DNA of 64,000 nucleotides from Patescibacteria group bacterium (GCA_022709735.1 JAKLIG010000002.1:65949-129948); one strand, 5' to 3'; counted from the first letter of the stretch, positions 18,267 through 28,641 are shown. A program made the numbers and translations. The notes: a model not told the origin generated them from the letters alone.

Positions 18267-18830
18267 ATGATTATTTCTTTCAACGGAGATCATGGCTCCG
18301 GAAAAAGCACTGTTGCTAAAATGGTAGCAGAAAAGTTGAGCTATCCCAGATATTATATGGGACAAATTTTTCGTGATTTAGCAGAAAAAGAAGGGCTGAA
18401 TTTAGCAGAATTTCAGAATTTGTGTAAAAAAAATTCTTGGGCAGACAAACAAGTAGATGATTATTTAATGGAGCTTCCAAAAAAAGAAAAGAATTTTGTT
18501 ATAGAAAGTAGGACTGCTTGGCATTTTATTCCTGATTCTCTAAAAATTTATTTAAAAGTTAGTGAGAAGGAAGGTGCTAAAAGAATTCTAAAGGAAATAG
18601 AAAAAAATAGCCTTAGAAATAAAGAGGACTTTAATTTAAATTCCATAGAGAATATAATCGCTAGTGAAAAAGCCAGAAAAGATAGAGATGATGAACGCTA
18701 TCAAAAATATTATGGAATAAAAATCCGTAATGAAGCTAACTATGACTTCGCGTTAGATACAACCAAACTAACAGTTGAGGAAGTTTTTAAAAAAGTAATG
18801 ACTTTCATCGAATCAAAAATAAATAATTAA
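18267..18830 (+). CDS. cmk: cytidylate kinase
   Basis: IISFNGDHGSGKSTVAKMVAEKL P-loop at the N-terminus. The likely true start is the ATG at ~18267. The track ORF start at 18162 overlaps the rpsA tail. Confidence 0.8.
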   Translation: MIISFNGDHGSGKSTVAKMVAEKLSYPRYYMGQIFRDLAEKEGLNLAEFQNLCKKNSWADKQVDDYLMELPKKEKNFVIESRTAWHFIPDSLKIYLKVSEKEGAKRILKEIEKNSLRNKEDFNLNSIENIIASEKARKDRDDERYQKYYGIKIRNEANYDFALDTTKLTVEEVFKKVMTFIESKINN

Positions 18831-18851
18831 ATTTAATTTTGATTTACTATC

Positions 18852-19829
18852 GTGCCTAATTTAATCAAAAAAGTTCAAAATACTATCTTTAAGAACAATC
18901 TTTTTGAGCGAGGAGCAAAAATTATCCTCGCGGTTTCTGGTGGACCGGATAGCGTGTGTCTTCTGGATATTTTTTCGCATCTCCAAAAAAAATATTCTCT
19001 GGAACTAATTGTTGCGCATGTAAATTATAATCTTCGAGGAAGCGATAGTTTGAAAGATGAGAAGTTTGTGCAGAAATTAGCAGAGAAATATGGAATGGGG
19101 ATTTTTGTTCTACATTTTAATAATGTAGAGACGCGCTATAGCACGTCTCTACGAAAGCGAAAACAGGAGAATATTTCTGAAAATAATCTTAGAAATATTC
19201 GTTATGATTTTTTTGAAAAGCTTCGCACGGAAAATAATTTTGATTATATCGCAGTTGCGCATAATGCAAACGATCAAGTAGAAACATTCCTCATGAGAAT
19301 TATTCGAGGCTCGGGAACAAATGGCCTTACCGCCATGAAATTTAAAAATAATTTTTTGATCCGACCCTTGCTTTCAACTAGTCGCATTGAAATTCTCGAA
19401 TATCTCAAGAAAAATAATTTATCCCATAGAACAGACAGAACAAATCAAGAAAATACTTTTTTTAGAAACAAAATCAGAAACAACTTCATTCCATTTATTG
19501 AAAAAAACTTCAATCCACGCGTCAAAGAAACTATTTTTGATTCCTTAGTTTCCATTTCCGAAGATTCAGATTTTCTCGAAAAAACAGCCCAAAATAATTT
19601 CAAAAATCTGACGATAAAAAAACTAGAAAAACTGCATCCGGCCATCCTTCGAAGAGTCATCCGGAAAAATATAGAAAGCCTAAAGGGAGATACCAAAGAT
19701 ATCAGCGCTAATAATATTGAAGAAATCATAAAAATCATAAAAAGCACGAAAAACAAAATTCAAGTTGTAATACTCAAAGGATTGAAAATTATCCGGAAGA
19801 GTGATAAAATTGTAATTAGTAAATTATAA
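18852..19829 (+). CDS. tilS: tRNA(Ile)-lysidine synthetase
   Basis: PP-loop SGGPDS motif (ILAVSGGPDSVCLLDIF). GTG start. Confidence 0.85.
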   Translation: MPNLIKKVQNTIFKNNLFERGAKIILAVSGGPDSVCLLDIFSHLQKKYSLELIVAHVNYNLRGSDSLKDEKFVQKLAEKYGMGIFVLHFNNVETRYSTSLRKRKQENISENNLRNIRYDFFEKLRTENNFDYIAVAHNANDQVETFLMRIIRGSGTNGLTAMKFKNNFLIRPLLSTSRIEILEYLKKNNLSHRTDRTNQENTFFRNKIRNNFIPFIEKNFNPRVKETIFDSLVSISEDSDFLEKTAQNNFKNLTIKKLEKLHPAILRRVIRKNIESLKGDTKDISANNIEEIIKIIKSTKNKIQVVILKGLKIIRKSDKIVISKL

Positions 19830-19864
19830 TTAGGATAAATAAATTAAATACGTTCAGAATGAAA

Positions 19865-19898
19865 TTTTCGTATTTCGTTCATTTCGTAGTTCGTAAAT
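19865..19898. promoter_or_regulatory. copy of the TTTCGTATTTCGTTCATTTCGTAGTTCGTAAAT upstream element, 5' of ftsH
   Basis: Near-identical to the motif at 16886-16928 and 35997-36031. Confidence 0.5.
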
Positions 19899-19900
19899 AT

Positions 19901-21769
19901 ATGCAAAAACTATTCAAAAACATCGGCATCGTGATCCTAATTTTCCTTTTTATCTCGGGAATTTTTGTTCTTTACGGCAGTCCTTCAAAAACTCCGGCTT
20001 CCGTTTCCCTTTCCACTTTAGCCCAGCAAGTGAACGACGGCAAAGTTAAAGAGATAAAAGTTGACTCTAATAGCTTAAATATCACCCTAAATGATGGCAC
20101 AATAGAAAAATCAACCAAGGAAACCAGTGGAGGAATTGTAGAAACTCTCAAAAATTATGGCGTTGATAGCGCAAAAATCCAAGGAGTGAGCATCGATGTC
20201 CAAGGAGAATCCGGCGTAAGTTTTTGGCTGGGAACAATTTTGCCATTTCTTCTGCCTTTTCTTTTGGTTGGCGCTTTTATCTGGTTTATGTTTCGCCAAG
20301 CGCAACGAGGCAACAATCAAGCCTTGTCTTTCGGTTCATCGCGCGCTCGAATGATTGATCCAAAGAATAAAAATCAAAGAATCACTTTCAAAGATGTGGC
20401 CGGATCAAAAGAAGCCAAGGAAGAACTTTTTGAAATTGTAGAATTTTTAAAAAGCCCGAAAAAGTTTTTGAACCTTGGCGCAAAAATTCCAAAAGGCGTT
20501 TTGCTCCTGGGCTCTCCCGGAACTGGAAAAACTTTGATTGCCAAAGCAGTCGCTGGTGAAGCCAATGTGCCATTTTTCAATATCAGTGGCTCGGAATTTG
20601 TAGAAATGTTTGTCGGAGTCGGCGCTTCGCGCGTTCGTGATCTTTTCAAGCAAGCCAAGAAAAATGCACCAGCTATTGTTTTTATCGATGAAATTGACGC
20701 AGTCGGCCGTCACCGCGGAGCGGGACTGGGAGGAGGACACGACGAAAGAGAACAGACATTGAATCAAATTTTAGTTGAAATGGACGGCTTTGATACAAAT
20801 ACTAATGTAATTATTATCGCCGCCACTAACAGACCGGATGTTTTGGATCCAGCCCTTCTTCGCCCGGGACGATTTGACCGCCGAGTGATGATGGATCTTC
20901 CTGATATAGCCGAAAGAGAAGAAATTTTGAAACTGCATTCTAAAAACAAACCTCTGACCAAAGATGCTGATCTCAAAAAAATTGCCCAAAGAACTCCGGG
21001 CTTTTCCGGCGCTGATCTTTCTAATCTTTTGAACGAAGGAGCAATTCTTACTGCAAGGAGAAACAAAAAACAAATCACAATGGACGAACTTACAGAGTCA
21101 ATTGAAAAAGTAATCCTTGGGCCAGAAAGAAGAAGTCGAAGAATTGACGAGGAAGAGAAAAAAATTATCGCCTATCACGAAGCCGGACACGCGCTTATTG
21201 CCGCCAGTCTCAAAAATTCTGATCCGGTCCAAAAAATTTCAATCATCTCCCGCGGTCATGCTGGCGGATATACTTTCAGCACGCCAGAAAAAGACAAGAC
21301 CTTGCTTTCAAAAAATTATTTCATCGATGAGCTTTCCGTGCTTCTCGGCGGATATGCCAGTGAGAAATTAAATTTTGAAACGGTGACTACCGGTTCTTCC
21401 AATGATTTGGAAAGAGCCACCAACATCGCGAGAAATTTGATCACTCGCTACGGCATGAGCGAACTTGGACCACGCACTTTCGGCCACAAGGAAGAAATGG
21501 TTTTTCTTGGCAAAGAAATGCATGAAGAAAAAAATTATTCCGAAAAAACCGCTGAAGAAATCGACCAGAAAGTTTCCCAATTTATCGAAAACGCTTATAA
21601 AGTTTCGGAAAAAATACTTCAAGATAAAAAAGAACTTTTGGAAAAACTTTCCGCCACACTTCTCGAAAAAGAAACAATCGAACAGGAAGAGTTTAATGAG
21701 ATTATGGGAATTGCTCCAAAAAATAAGCCTGAAGAAAAAATTGTGCAAGAAGAAACAAAGACAGTTTAG
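19901..21769 (+). CDS. ftsH: ATP-dependent zinc metalloprotease FtsH
   Basis: Walker A GSPGTGKT, second region of homology, and zinc site HEAGHA. The start is probably the Met at 19901, downstream of the repeat element. Confidence 0.95.
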   Translation: MQKLFKNIGIVILIFLFISGIFVLYGSPSKTPASVSLSTLAQQVNDGKVKEIKVDSNSLNITLNDGTIEKSTKETSGGIVETLKNYGVDSAKIQGVSIDVQGESGVSFWLGTILPFLLPFLLVGAFIWFMFRQAQRGNNQALSFGSSRARMIDPKNKNQRITFKDVAGSKEAKEELFEIVEFLKSPKKFLNLGAKIPKGVLLLGSPGTGKTLIAKAVAGEANVPFFNISGSEFVEMFVGVGASRVRDLFKQAKKNAPAIVFIDEIDAVGRHRGAGLGGGHDEREQTLNQILVEMDGFDTNTNVIIIAATNRPDVLDPALLRPGRFDRRVMMDLPDIAEREEILKLHSKNKPLTKDADLKKIAQRTPGFSGADLSNLLNEGAILTARRNKKQITMDELTESIEKVILGPERRSRRIDEEEKKIIAYHEAGHALIAASLKNSDPVQKISIISRGHAGGYTFSTPEKDKTLLSKNYFIDELSVLLGGYASEKLNFETVTTGSSNDLERATNIARNLITRYGMSELGPRTFGHKEEMVFLGKEMHEEKNYSEKTAEEIDQKVSQFIENAYKVSEKILQDKKELLEKLSATLLEKETIEQEEFNEIMGIAPKNKPEEKIVQEETKTV

Positions 21770-21774
21770 CAAAT

Positions 21775-21890
21775 TTTTAATTTTTGAATTTTTAATTTTA
21801 TAAATAAATCCAAATTTCTTAATTTTTAAACATTTAGAAATTAAAGCATTATTTAAAAATTACAAAATTAAAAATTATAAAATTAATCTC
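21775..21890. repeat. AT-rich ~110-nt intergenic repeat (copy 1 of 2)
   Basis: ~85% identical to 37347-37458 (tttttgaatttttaattttataaataaatc...ttaatttttaaacatt...atttaaaaattat). Contains an internal inverted repeat. Confidence 0.7.
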
Positions 21891-21891
21891 T

Positions 21892-22878
21892 ATGTCTACA
21901 ATAAATTATCTCTCCATCTTAAAAAAAGCTTGGTCAATCACCTGGACGAATAAATATCTATGGTGGTTTGGTTTTTTTGCTACTTTAGGCAGTTGTGGTG
22001 GAATAAATATTTTTTTCGATGGAGTCGAAGAAAATTTAGATCCAGTCAAGGAGCAACAAATACTGGAATTTTTTTCGAAAAATTTTCATTGGATAATCGC
22101 GATTGCGATTATATTATTCCTGCTGTTTATTATTTTTCTAATCCTAGGCACTATCGGCCGAGGCGCGCTCATCAGCTCTATCGGAAAAAATCTAAAAGAG
22201 CAACATTCTAATTTTAAGATTAGTTGGCAAGAAGGCAAGAAAAACTTCTGGAAAATATTTGCTATTAACTTTTCCTTGGGCCTGTTTATTCTTCTGACTC
22301 TTCTCATTCTTATCGCCCCAGTAGCCACATTGTTTTTGAATAAAAATTATATTATCGGAGGAATCCTGGCATTCATCGCTATTTTAATTTTTATCCCAAT
22401 CGCTATTCTAACTTGTTATCTCAAAACTTACGGCTATATTTATGCGGTTTTAGGCAAGTTAAAATTTTGGCCAGCTATTGAAAATGCCTATAATCTTTTT
22501 GCTAAAAATCTGACTTCGAGTGTCCTGATGAGTTTGATCTTTATTCCGCTTGGCATAATTTTTATGCTGATTATTTTTGTTGCCATTCCAATTTTATTTT
22601 TTGTTTTTCTCATTCTTTGCGGTATCGCTTATCTCGCGCTTGGAAAAATTGCTGCAATTATTTTTGGCGCGATTGGAATAATAATCTTTTTGACCTACGC
22701 GCTCTTTGTGCGAAGCATCTTTGAAGTTTTCGCCCAAACTGTCTGGATTCTTTTCTTCCACAAAATTGCAACGCCGAAAGTGAAAGAGCTGGTCGTTGAA
22801 GAGGAAAAAGAAAAAGAAATCGCCTCCAAACCGCTTCCGATAATCGAAGCCAAAAAAATTCCTAAAGCCGAGCTTTAG
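21892..22878 (+). CDS. polytopic membrane protein, unknown function
   Basis: 328 aa with ~7 TM helices. The C-terminus (IPKAEL) is encoded by the AAAGCCGAGCTTT hairpin repeat. Confidence 0.5.
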   Translation: MSTINYLSILKKAWSITWTNKYLWWFGFFATLGSCGGINIFFDGVEENLDPVKEQQILEFFSKNFHWIIAIAIILFLLFIIFLILGTIGRGALISSIGKNLKEQHSNFKISWQEGKKNFWKIFAINFSLGLFILLTLLILIAPVATLFLNKNYIIGGILAFIAILIFIPIAILTCYLKTYGYIYAVLGKLKFWPAIENAYNLFAKNLTSSVLMSLIFIPLGIIFMLIIFVAIPILFFVFLILCGIAYLALGKIAAIIFGAIGIIIFLTYALFVRSIFEVFAQTVWILFFHKIATPKVKELVVEEEKEKEIASKPLPIIEAKKIPKAEL

Positions 22879-22914
22879 GACAGAGCCAAAGCTTTTCAAA
22901 AAGCTCGGCTTTGA
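22862..22914. repeat. hairpin repeat AAAGCCGAGCTTTAG-N20-TTCAAAAAGCTCGGCTTT (copy 1)
   Basis: 13-bp inverted repeat. The second copy lies at 42693-42746. Confidence 0.7.
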
Positions 22915-23003
22915 AGAAACACTTTTAGAAATCAAAAAGCCAGCTATTAGCAATGTGTTCTTGCTAGCTGGCTTTTTTCGCGTCTAATTTTTGGTACCGT
23001 TTT

Positions 23004-23408
23004 TTAGTACCGTGGCGGTTCAGGGGAAGTTGAAACTATTTCTCTTGATGAAAACTTCCCATCAAGGAAATAAATTTTAACGCAAACGAAGGATTGCGCT
23101 TTTCCTCTTACGGGAATCTTGGAATAGTCAACATAAAGCGTTAGGTAATCATAAACGCTGTCCTCTCCATCCGCAAAGGCTTTATCTTTCGCTTGTTGCA
23201 GTTGTGCATTGCTACGGTTCTGGGTATTTTGTTCAATATCATACATTCCAGCGAAAGTTCCACATAAAATTAATACAATACCCATTGTTAAAAAAATACC
23301 ATTTCTTTTGCTTTGATTTGTGACAGATATGCCAGTTAGAATAATAATAACTAATCCCACAAAGCCCAAAAGATAGTTCCATAATGAAATATCTTGATAA
23401 CTACTCAT
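23004..23408 (-). CDS. membrane protein, unknown function
   Basis: 134 aa with two TM helices. Confidence 0.4.
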   Translation of the reverse strand: MSSYQDISLWNYLLGFVGLVIIILTGISVTNQSKRNGIFLTMGIVLILCGTFAGMYDIEQNTQNRSNAQLQQAKDKAFADGEDSVYDYLTLYVDYSKIPVRGKAQSFVCVKIYFLDGKFSSREIVSTSPEPPRY

Positions 23409-23570
23409 ACGCCCTCCTTAAAAAGATTGAAGTTTAAAATTTTCCCTTTTTTTAATTTACTGTCAAAAACTGATTTTCTAACTTATCATACCCTTCCCTT
23501 TTTGTCAAGTTATTATTAAAAAAAATTGACTGAAAGGTTTTTTTGAAATATGATAAAAAAAGACTTGATA

Positions 23571-23644
23571 GGGTGTTTAGCTCAGCTGGTTAGAGCGTCA
23601 CATTGACATTGTGAAGGTCACTGGTTCGAGTCCAGTAATACCCA
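23571..23644 (+). tRNA. tRNA-Val (anticodon GAC)
   Basis: GGGTGTTTAGCTCAGCTGGTTAGAGCGTCACATTGACATTGTGAAGGTCACTGGTTCGAGTCCAGTAATACCCA. Anticodon loop is TTGACAT. Confidence 0.85.
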
Positions 23645-23654
23645 CTAAAATATT

Positions 23655-23726
23655 GGGACCATAGCTCAGCGGTAGAGCAGGCGACTCATAATCGCTTGGT
23701 CGAAGGTTCGAATCCTTCTGGTCCCA
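23655..23726 (+). tRNA. tRNA-Met (CAU; elongator type, or tRNA-Ile2 substrate of TilS)
   Basis: GGGACCATAGCTCAGCGGTAGAGCAGGCGACTCATAATCGCTTGGTCGAAGGTTCGAATCCTTCTGGTCCCA. G1-C72 pair and no GGG/CCC anticodon stem, so not an initiator. Confidence 0.75.
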
Positions 23727-23730
23727 CAAA

Positions 23731-23762
23731 AAAACAATCCTTGAATGGATTGTTTTAAATTT
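23731..23762. terminator. bidirectional hairpin terminator between the tRNAs and the recombinase gene
   Basis: aaacaatccttgaatggattgttttaaatttt forms an 8-bp stem. Confidence 0.5.
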
Positions 23763-23771
23763 TATTAAAAA

Positions 23772-24716
23772 TTATTTTCCCCTTCTTCTCGCGTGAAAGG
23801 CTTTGTGAATTTCCTTAAGATGTGGATTGGTAACATGAGTATAAATTTGCGTGGTGTTTATTGAGGCATGCCCGAGCATCGCTTGGACCGACCGAATATC
23901 CGCGCCGTTCATCAAAAGATCAGTCGCAAAAGAATGGCGAAGCGTATGCGGATGGACATCTTTCACAATCCCGGCTTTGACCGCATAATACTTCACGATT
24001 CGTTGAATAGACCTCGGGGTTAATCTCAAATTGTCAGATTTATTCTTATTTTTTTCTTTTTTACCCTCGAATTTTTTAAGCCCCGCGCTATCCCGCACAA
24101 AAAGCGCCGGATCAATGTCTTCTCTCTTTTTGAGATATTCGCAGAGCGCCCGAGAGGCCGTGTCAGAAATAAAAACCACTCTGATTTTATTTCCCTTGCC
24201 TCGAACACTCAATTCTCCGCTTTTTAGATTGAGTTTTTCTCGATCAATGCTAATGAGCTCGGAAACCCGAAGACCAGCCGAAAAAAGTAGCTCCAGAATT
24301 GCCCGATCACGAAGAGATTTGAAACTTACTCCGCTCGCTGCGCCCAAAATCCTTTCCACCTCGGCATTTTCCAAAAAATCTACCTCTCGTTCCGGCGTTT
24401 TCCCGATTTCCACCTTTTCCGCTTGAAGCGTTTTAACATCTCTTTTCGCCATATATTTCAAAAAACAACGAAGAGCAATAATATAATAATTTTGCGTAAT
24501 TTTCTTGAGATTTTGACCTTTTTCGTCGACAAAACGGTTGAGATATAGCCTAAAATTTCTAATTAAATCATCCGTGATTTCTCTTGGCTCTTCAATTTTT
24601 GCCCAAACTAAAAATTTTTCCAAATAACGATCATAATTTTCAATCGTTTTGGGCGACCGCTGTTTTTCCACCTCCAAATATTCAAGAAATTGCGTTTTAA
24701 GCTCTTTTAGCTTCAT
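23772..24716 (-). CDS. tyrosine site-specific recombinase (XerC/XerD family)
   Basis: C-terminal HTLRHSFATDLLMNGADIRSVQAMLGHASINTTQIYTHV carries the R-H-R-Y catalytic signature. The N-terminal core-binding domain is of XerD type. Confidence 0.8.
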   Translation of the reverse strand: MKLKELKTQFLEYLEVEKQRSPKTIENYDRYLEKFLVWAKIEEPREITDDLIRNFRLYLNRFVDEKGQNLKKITQNYYIIALRCFLKYMAKRDVKTLQAEKVEIGKTPEREVDFLENAEVERILGAASGVSFKSLRDRAILELLFSAGLRVSELISIDREKLNLKSGELSVRGKGNKIRVVFISDTASRALCEYLKKREDIDPALFVRDSAGLKKFEGKKEKNKNKSDNLRLTPRSIQRIVKYYAVKAGIVKDVHPHTLRHSFATDLLMNGADIRSVQAMLGHASINTTQIYTHVTNPHLKEIHKAFHARRRGK

Positions 24717-25072
24717 ATAATTGCATTATTATGCGACATTACCTAATTTCATTATACCCCATTTTTCCCATTTGACAAAAAGGGCTCTGGGATATATACT
24801 GTTTTGGAGATAAATATTAGGGTTTTAGAAGCGAAAAATGCCTTTTTAAAAGGCTTTTTCAAATCAAAACCACAAGAAAGATCAATTCTATTAGTAACCT
24901 AATAGCATCAATCAGAAATCTATTTACTCGGAAAAAACTAGACAATACAAGAAACCAAATTCATATCAAGCAGAAAGCTATCACAGCTTTTATCAAGGAA
25001 CACCGGACTATAAAAGTCCTTCATCTGTTTCGAAACTATTCTGCCTTTGCTGTTGTTGTATCCAGCGCTTTC

Positions 25073-26068
25073 TTGGTTTCTGCCACTAATTTAGCCGCAG
25101 GGCGGGAGTCCAGTGGTTTTTTATTTGGCTATTTTGGAGAAAATGAAAATTATGAAAACCCTCTGAAAGATGTGATGTTTTTGAAAACGGCTGAAAAAAC
25201 CAGTGTCGCGGTAGCTGATTTAGCAAAAGCAAAAATTCTTCCCGACCCTAAAAGCGCCCGACTGGAAAAAGAAGAAGAATCAATGATAATCCAAGGCCAA
25301 GCGCTTGTCGCTGGGAACAGCCCGATCAAAAAAGATCCGGAAGAAGAAGGTGGAGTTGTTATCTATGAAGTAAAACAAGGCGATACGGTAGGCGCTATTG
25401 CAGCCGCTAATCATATTTCAATTAATACTATCCTGTGGTCAAATGAACTTGATAATGTTGATTCTATAAAGCCTGGAGATAAGATATTCCTCTTGCCAGT
25501 ATCTGGGCTTAATTATAAAGTCAAAAGCGGAGACACAATCGATAGCATCGCTTCAAAATATAAAGCAGAAAAAGATAAAATTATCGCTTTCAATAACTTG
25601 CCAGCTAATGGAGATTTGGAAGTCGGGCAGGAGATTACTATTCCTGACGGCCAAAAAGAAACACCAAAACCGCAACCAACGCCATCCAGCTCATTTAATA
25701 TCGCTCAGCGTCCATATGAGTCATTCTCAAGTGGAGGAACGGTCCTTGGCGGAAAAGCTGGCGCCGGACATAAATTCCCATACGGTTATTGCACTTGGTA
25801 TGTCGCGCAAAAAAGATATGTCCCATGGGGTGGAAACGCTGGAACCTGGCTTTACCATGCCAAAGCAGCCGGCTATGCTACGGGAAGAACTCCAAAAGTT
25901 GGATCAATTATGGTTTCTTCTGAATCCTGGTGGGGGCATGTTGCTTTGGTTGAAAAAGTTTCCGGCAGTATGATTACTGTTTCTGAAATGAACTATGTCA
26001 AATGGGGGAAGAAAAGTTCTAGAACTTTAGATTCTAAATCAAGGGTAATAAAGGGATTTATTTATTAA
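25073..26068 (+). CDS. peptidoglycan hydrolase with two LysM domains and a C-terminal CHAP domain; N-terminus probably extends upstream
   Basis: LysM repeats YEVKQGDTVGAIAAANHISINTI and YKVKSGDTIDSIASKY. CHAP Cys/His region is YGYCTWYV...SWWGHVALVEKV. The in-frame upstream sequence encodes a TM-like YSAFAVVVSSAFLV segment with no ATG, so a non-ATG start is likely. Confidence 0.65.
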   Translation: MVSATNLAAGRESSGFLFGYFGENENYENPLKDVMFLKTAEKTSVAVADLAKAKILPDPKSARLEKEEESMIIQGQALVAGNSPIKKDPEEEGGVVIYEVKQGDTVGAIAAANHISINTILWSNELDNVDSIKPGDKIFLLPVSGLNYKVKSGDTIDSIASKYKAEKDKIIAFNNLPANGDLEVGQEITIPDGQKETPKPQPTPSSSFNIAQRPYESFSSGGTVLGGKAGAGHKFPYGYCTWYVAQKRYVPWGGNAGTWLYHAKAAGYATGRTPKVGSIMVSSESWWGHVALVEKVSGSMITVSEMNYVKWGKKSSRTLDSKSRVIKGFIY

Positions 26069-26388
26069 TTATAACCAATTAAATAAGAAGGGGGAGTATC
26101 AATGATAAAATTTGGTTATTTTTCTGTGCTACGAGCACAGACTTATGGAACCCCGCTTGATCCCAAGGGGGGTGCAGGAAGAATCAGGGGTGAAGAATTC
26201 CGCTATCCAATAACAAAAGCGGAAATTAATCACCCAAGAGCATTTTATAATTCATCGGATCCGGATATATTACGTCCGGAACTAAAAACGAAAAAATAAT
26301 TTCTTAGAATCTTTAAGAAATTATAAAAAAGGCCACTTGATACATAAGCTTATCAGTGGCTTTGTCTTTTAAATAATTTTAATTTTAT

Positions 26389-28641
26389 TTAATTTATCTT
26401 TTTGAGTGGCGCGATTGAGCTGGCTAATTTTTTTAGCCCCGCCTTGGAAAACGCGACTGTGATGACATCGCCTTGGCTCGCAACTACGAGGCCTTCGCCA
26501 AAAGTTTCATGCTCAACTCTGTCTCCATCTTTAAAACTGGAATTAGGAATTATGAATTTAGAATTAGGAATATTTTTTTCTTTCTCCTGATTCCTAATTC
26601 CTGATTCCTGATTCTGCATTAGATGTTCCGGAATGTCGTCTAGAAAACGGCTAGGTGCATTAATTTGCGTTGAACCAAAAATATTTCGAGTTACGGTAAA
26701 TAATAAATATACTTTTTCCATCGCCCGCGTAATGCCGACATACATAAGTCGTCTTTCTTCTTCCATTTCACTATCATTTAGCATGCTTCTGGAATGTGGC
26801 AAAATCCCTTCTTCCAACCCTGCGATAAAAACTATTCGAAACTCCAAACCTTTGGCACTATGAAGCGTCATAAGATGCACCGCTTCGGACGCCTGATCAA
26901 TATTATCCGTATCTGAAATCAATGCCACTTCTTCCAAGAATAATTTCAAGGCTTCGTCGCCTTCGTATTCTTCGTACTTTTTCGCCACCGTCAAAAGTTC
27001 CCGCACATTTTCATGTCTCATTTCTCCTTCTTCTGTCCCATCCATTAAAAATTTTTCATAACCTGATTCGCTATAAACTTTTTGAATAAAATCCGTAAGA
27101 ATTAATTTATTTTTTAGTTCTGCCATCCGTTTTATAAAATCTGAAAATTTAACAATATTATCAATTCGTTGTTTGGAAATTGGAAATTGGAAATTGGAAA
27201 TTGCGAGGCCTTGAGATATTAAATCGAGATTATTACTCCTTGCTATATTAATCCATTTTCCCAAAGTAATATCTCCGACTCCTCGCTTCGGTTCATTTAT
27301 TATTCGCTCCAGCGAAGTTTCATCATTAAAATTATTGATAAGCCGGAGATACGCAATCACATCCTTGATTTCTTTTCGCTGATAGAATTTTACTCCGCCA
27401 ATAATCCGGTAGGAAATAGAATTTCTAAGCATCGCTTCTTCAATCATCCGGGATTGGGCATTGGTTCTGTATAAAACTACAAACTCATTTAATTTATAAT
27501 TATTCCTATTTTTCAAAGCTCTAATTTCATCCACGATAAACTGCGCTTCTTCTTTTTCATCTTCCGCTTCAAAACTTTGAATCAAATGTCCTTCCTTGTT
27601 TTCCGTCCAGATTTTCTTATCTTTGCGGTTTATGTTTTTGGAAATCACACCATAAGCTGCGTCCAAAATGTTTTGCGTAGAACGGTAATTTTGCTCAAGT
27701 TTTATAGTCTTGGCATTGGGATAATCTTTTTCAAAATCCAAAATATTTTGAATGTTGGCACCTCGCCAAGAATAAATTCCCTGCCAGTCATCGCCCACGA
27801 CGCAAAGATTTTTATTCTTTTCGGATAATAATTTAACTAGAATATATTGCGCATGGTTAGTGTCCTGATATTCATCCACCATAATATATTGAAAAAAGTT
27901 TTGGTATTTTTCCAAGACTTCGGGAAATGCCCGAAAAATTTTAACTGTGATCATCAAAATATCATCGAAATCCAAAGCGCCTTGTTCTTTCAATTTTTTT
28001 TGATAATTTAGATAAATTTTTGCCACCATTTCTTCAAAATATCCGCCGACTCCCGCCAAAAATTCTTCCGCACCGAGTAGTTCATTTTTAGCATTGGAGA
28101 TTGCGCCTAAAATTGTTTTTGGTTTGAATTGGTCAATATTAATTTCCATTTCTTTCATCACTTTTTTCATCAGAGCCAGCTGGTCTTGGTCATCAAAAAT
28201 GTTAAATGAACTTTTGTATCCAACTTTTTCAATTTCCCGCCGAAGAATTTTCACGCAAATCGAATGGAAGGTGCCAACAGTCGGCAATTCGTAATTTGTA
28301 ATTGGTAACTTGGATTCTTTTGAATTTTGGTCATTGGAATTTGAAAATTCATTGGAAACCTGCCTGCCGGTAGGCAAGGTTGGGATTTGGAAATTGGAAA
28401 TTGAATTTGCTGAAAGCAAATTTTTTATTCTTTCTTTCATCTCTCCCGCCGCTTTATTAGTAAAAGTCACCGCCAAAATTCTTCTCGGACTGATCTTTTT
28501 TTCACAAATCAAATACGCCACGCGGTGCGTAAGCGCTTTTGTTTTCCCTGATCCGGCGCCAGCAATAATCAACACCGGTCCTTCGGTGATCATTACCGCT
28601 TCTCTTTGCGGAGGATTAAGTTTTTCTAAAATTTCATTCAT
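26389..28641 (-). CDS. uvrD: ATP-dependent DNA helicase UvrD/PcrA family, with in-frame low-complexity insertions
   Basis: MNEILEKLNPPQREAVMITEGPVLIIAGAGSGKTKALTHRVAYLI motif I. Helicase motifs II-VI are present. 750 aa. Confidence 0.9.
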   Translation of the reverse strand: MNEILEKLNPPQREAVMITEGPVLIIAGAGSGKTKALTHRVAYLICEKKISPRRILAVTFTNKAAGEMKERIKNLLSANSISNFQIPTLPTGRQVSNEFSNSNDQNSKESKLPITNYELPTVGTFHSICVKILRREIEKVGYKSSFNIFDDQDQLALMKKVMKEMEINIDQFKPKTILGAISNAKNELLGAEEFLAGVGGYFEEMVAKIYLNYQKKLKEQGALDFDDILMITVKIFRAFPEVLEKYQNFFQYIMVDEYQDTNHAQYILVKLLSEKNKNLCVVGDDWQGIYSWRGANIQNILDFEKDYPNAKTIKLEQNYRSTQNILDAAYGVISKNINRKDKKIWTENKEGHLIQSFEAEDEKEEAQFIVDEIRALKNRNNYKLNEFVVLYRTNAQSRMIEEAMLRNSISYRIIGGVKFYQRKEIKDVIAYLRLINNFNDETSLERIINEPKRGVGDITLGKWINIARSNNLDLISQGLAISNFQFPISKQRIDNIVKFSDFIKRMAELKNKLILTDFIQKVYSESGYEKFLMDGTEEGEMRHENVRELLTVAKKYEEYEGDEALKLFLEEVALISDTDNIDQASEAVHLMTLHSAKGLEFRIVFIAGLEEGILPHSRSMLNDSEMEEERRLMYVGITRAMEKVYLLFTVTRNIFGSTQINAPSRFLDDIPEHLMQNQESGIRNQEKEKNIPNSKFIIPNSSFKDGDRVEHETFGEGLVVASQGDVITVAFSKAGLKKLASSIAPLKKIN

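Noticed and set aside
23772-24716. Tyrosine recombinase as a phage or ICE integrase marking a prophage.
   Set aside because: XerD-like domain organisation, no flanking att duplication seen, and the neighbours are core genes. Kept only as a low-interest finding.
26102-26299. 65-aa ORF between the CHAP hydrolase and uvrD.
   Set aside because: No RBS and unremarkable composition. It lies in a terminator-containing intergenic region. No support.
27171-27212. Possible CRISPR array suggested by tandem GGAAATT and similar short repeats (also at 28376-28400, 37078-37148 and 40715-40760).
   Set aside because: Units are 7-24 nt with no spacers, lie inside ORFs and remain in frame. There are no cas genes. 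They are simple tandem repeats, not CRISPR.
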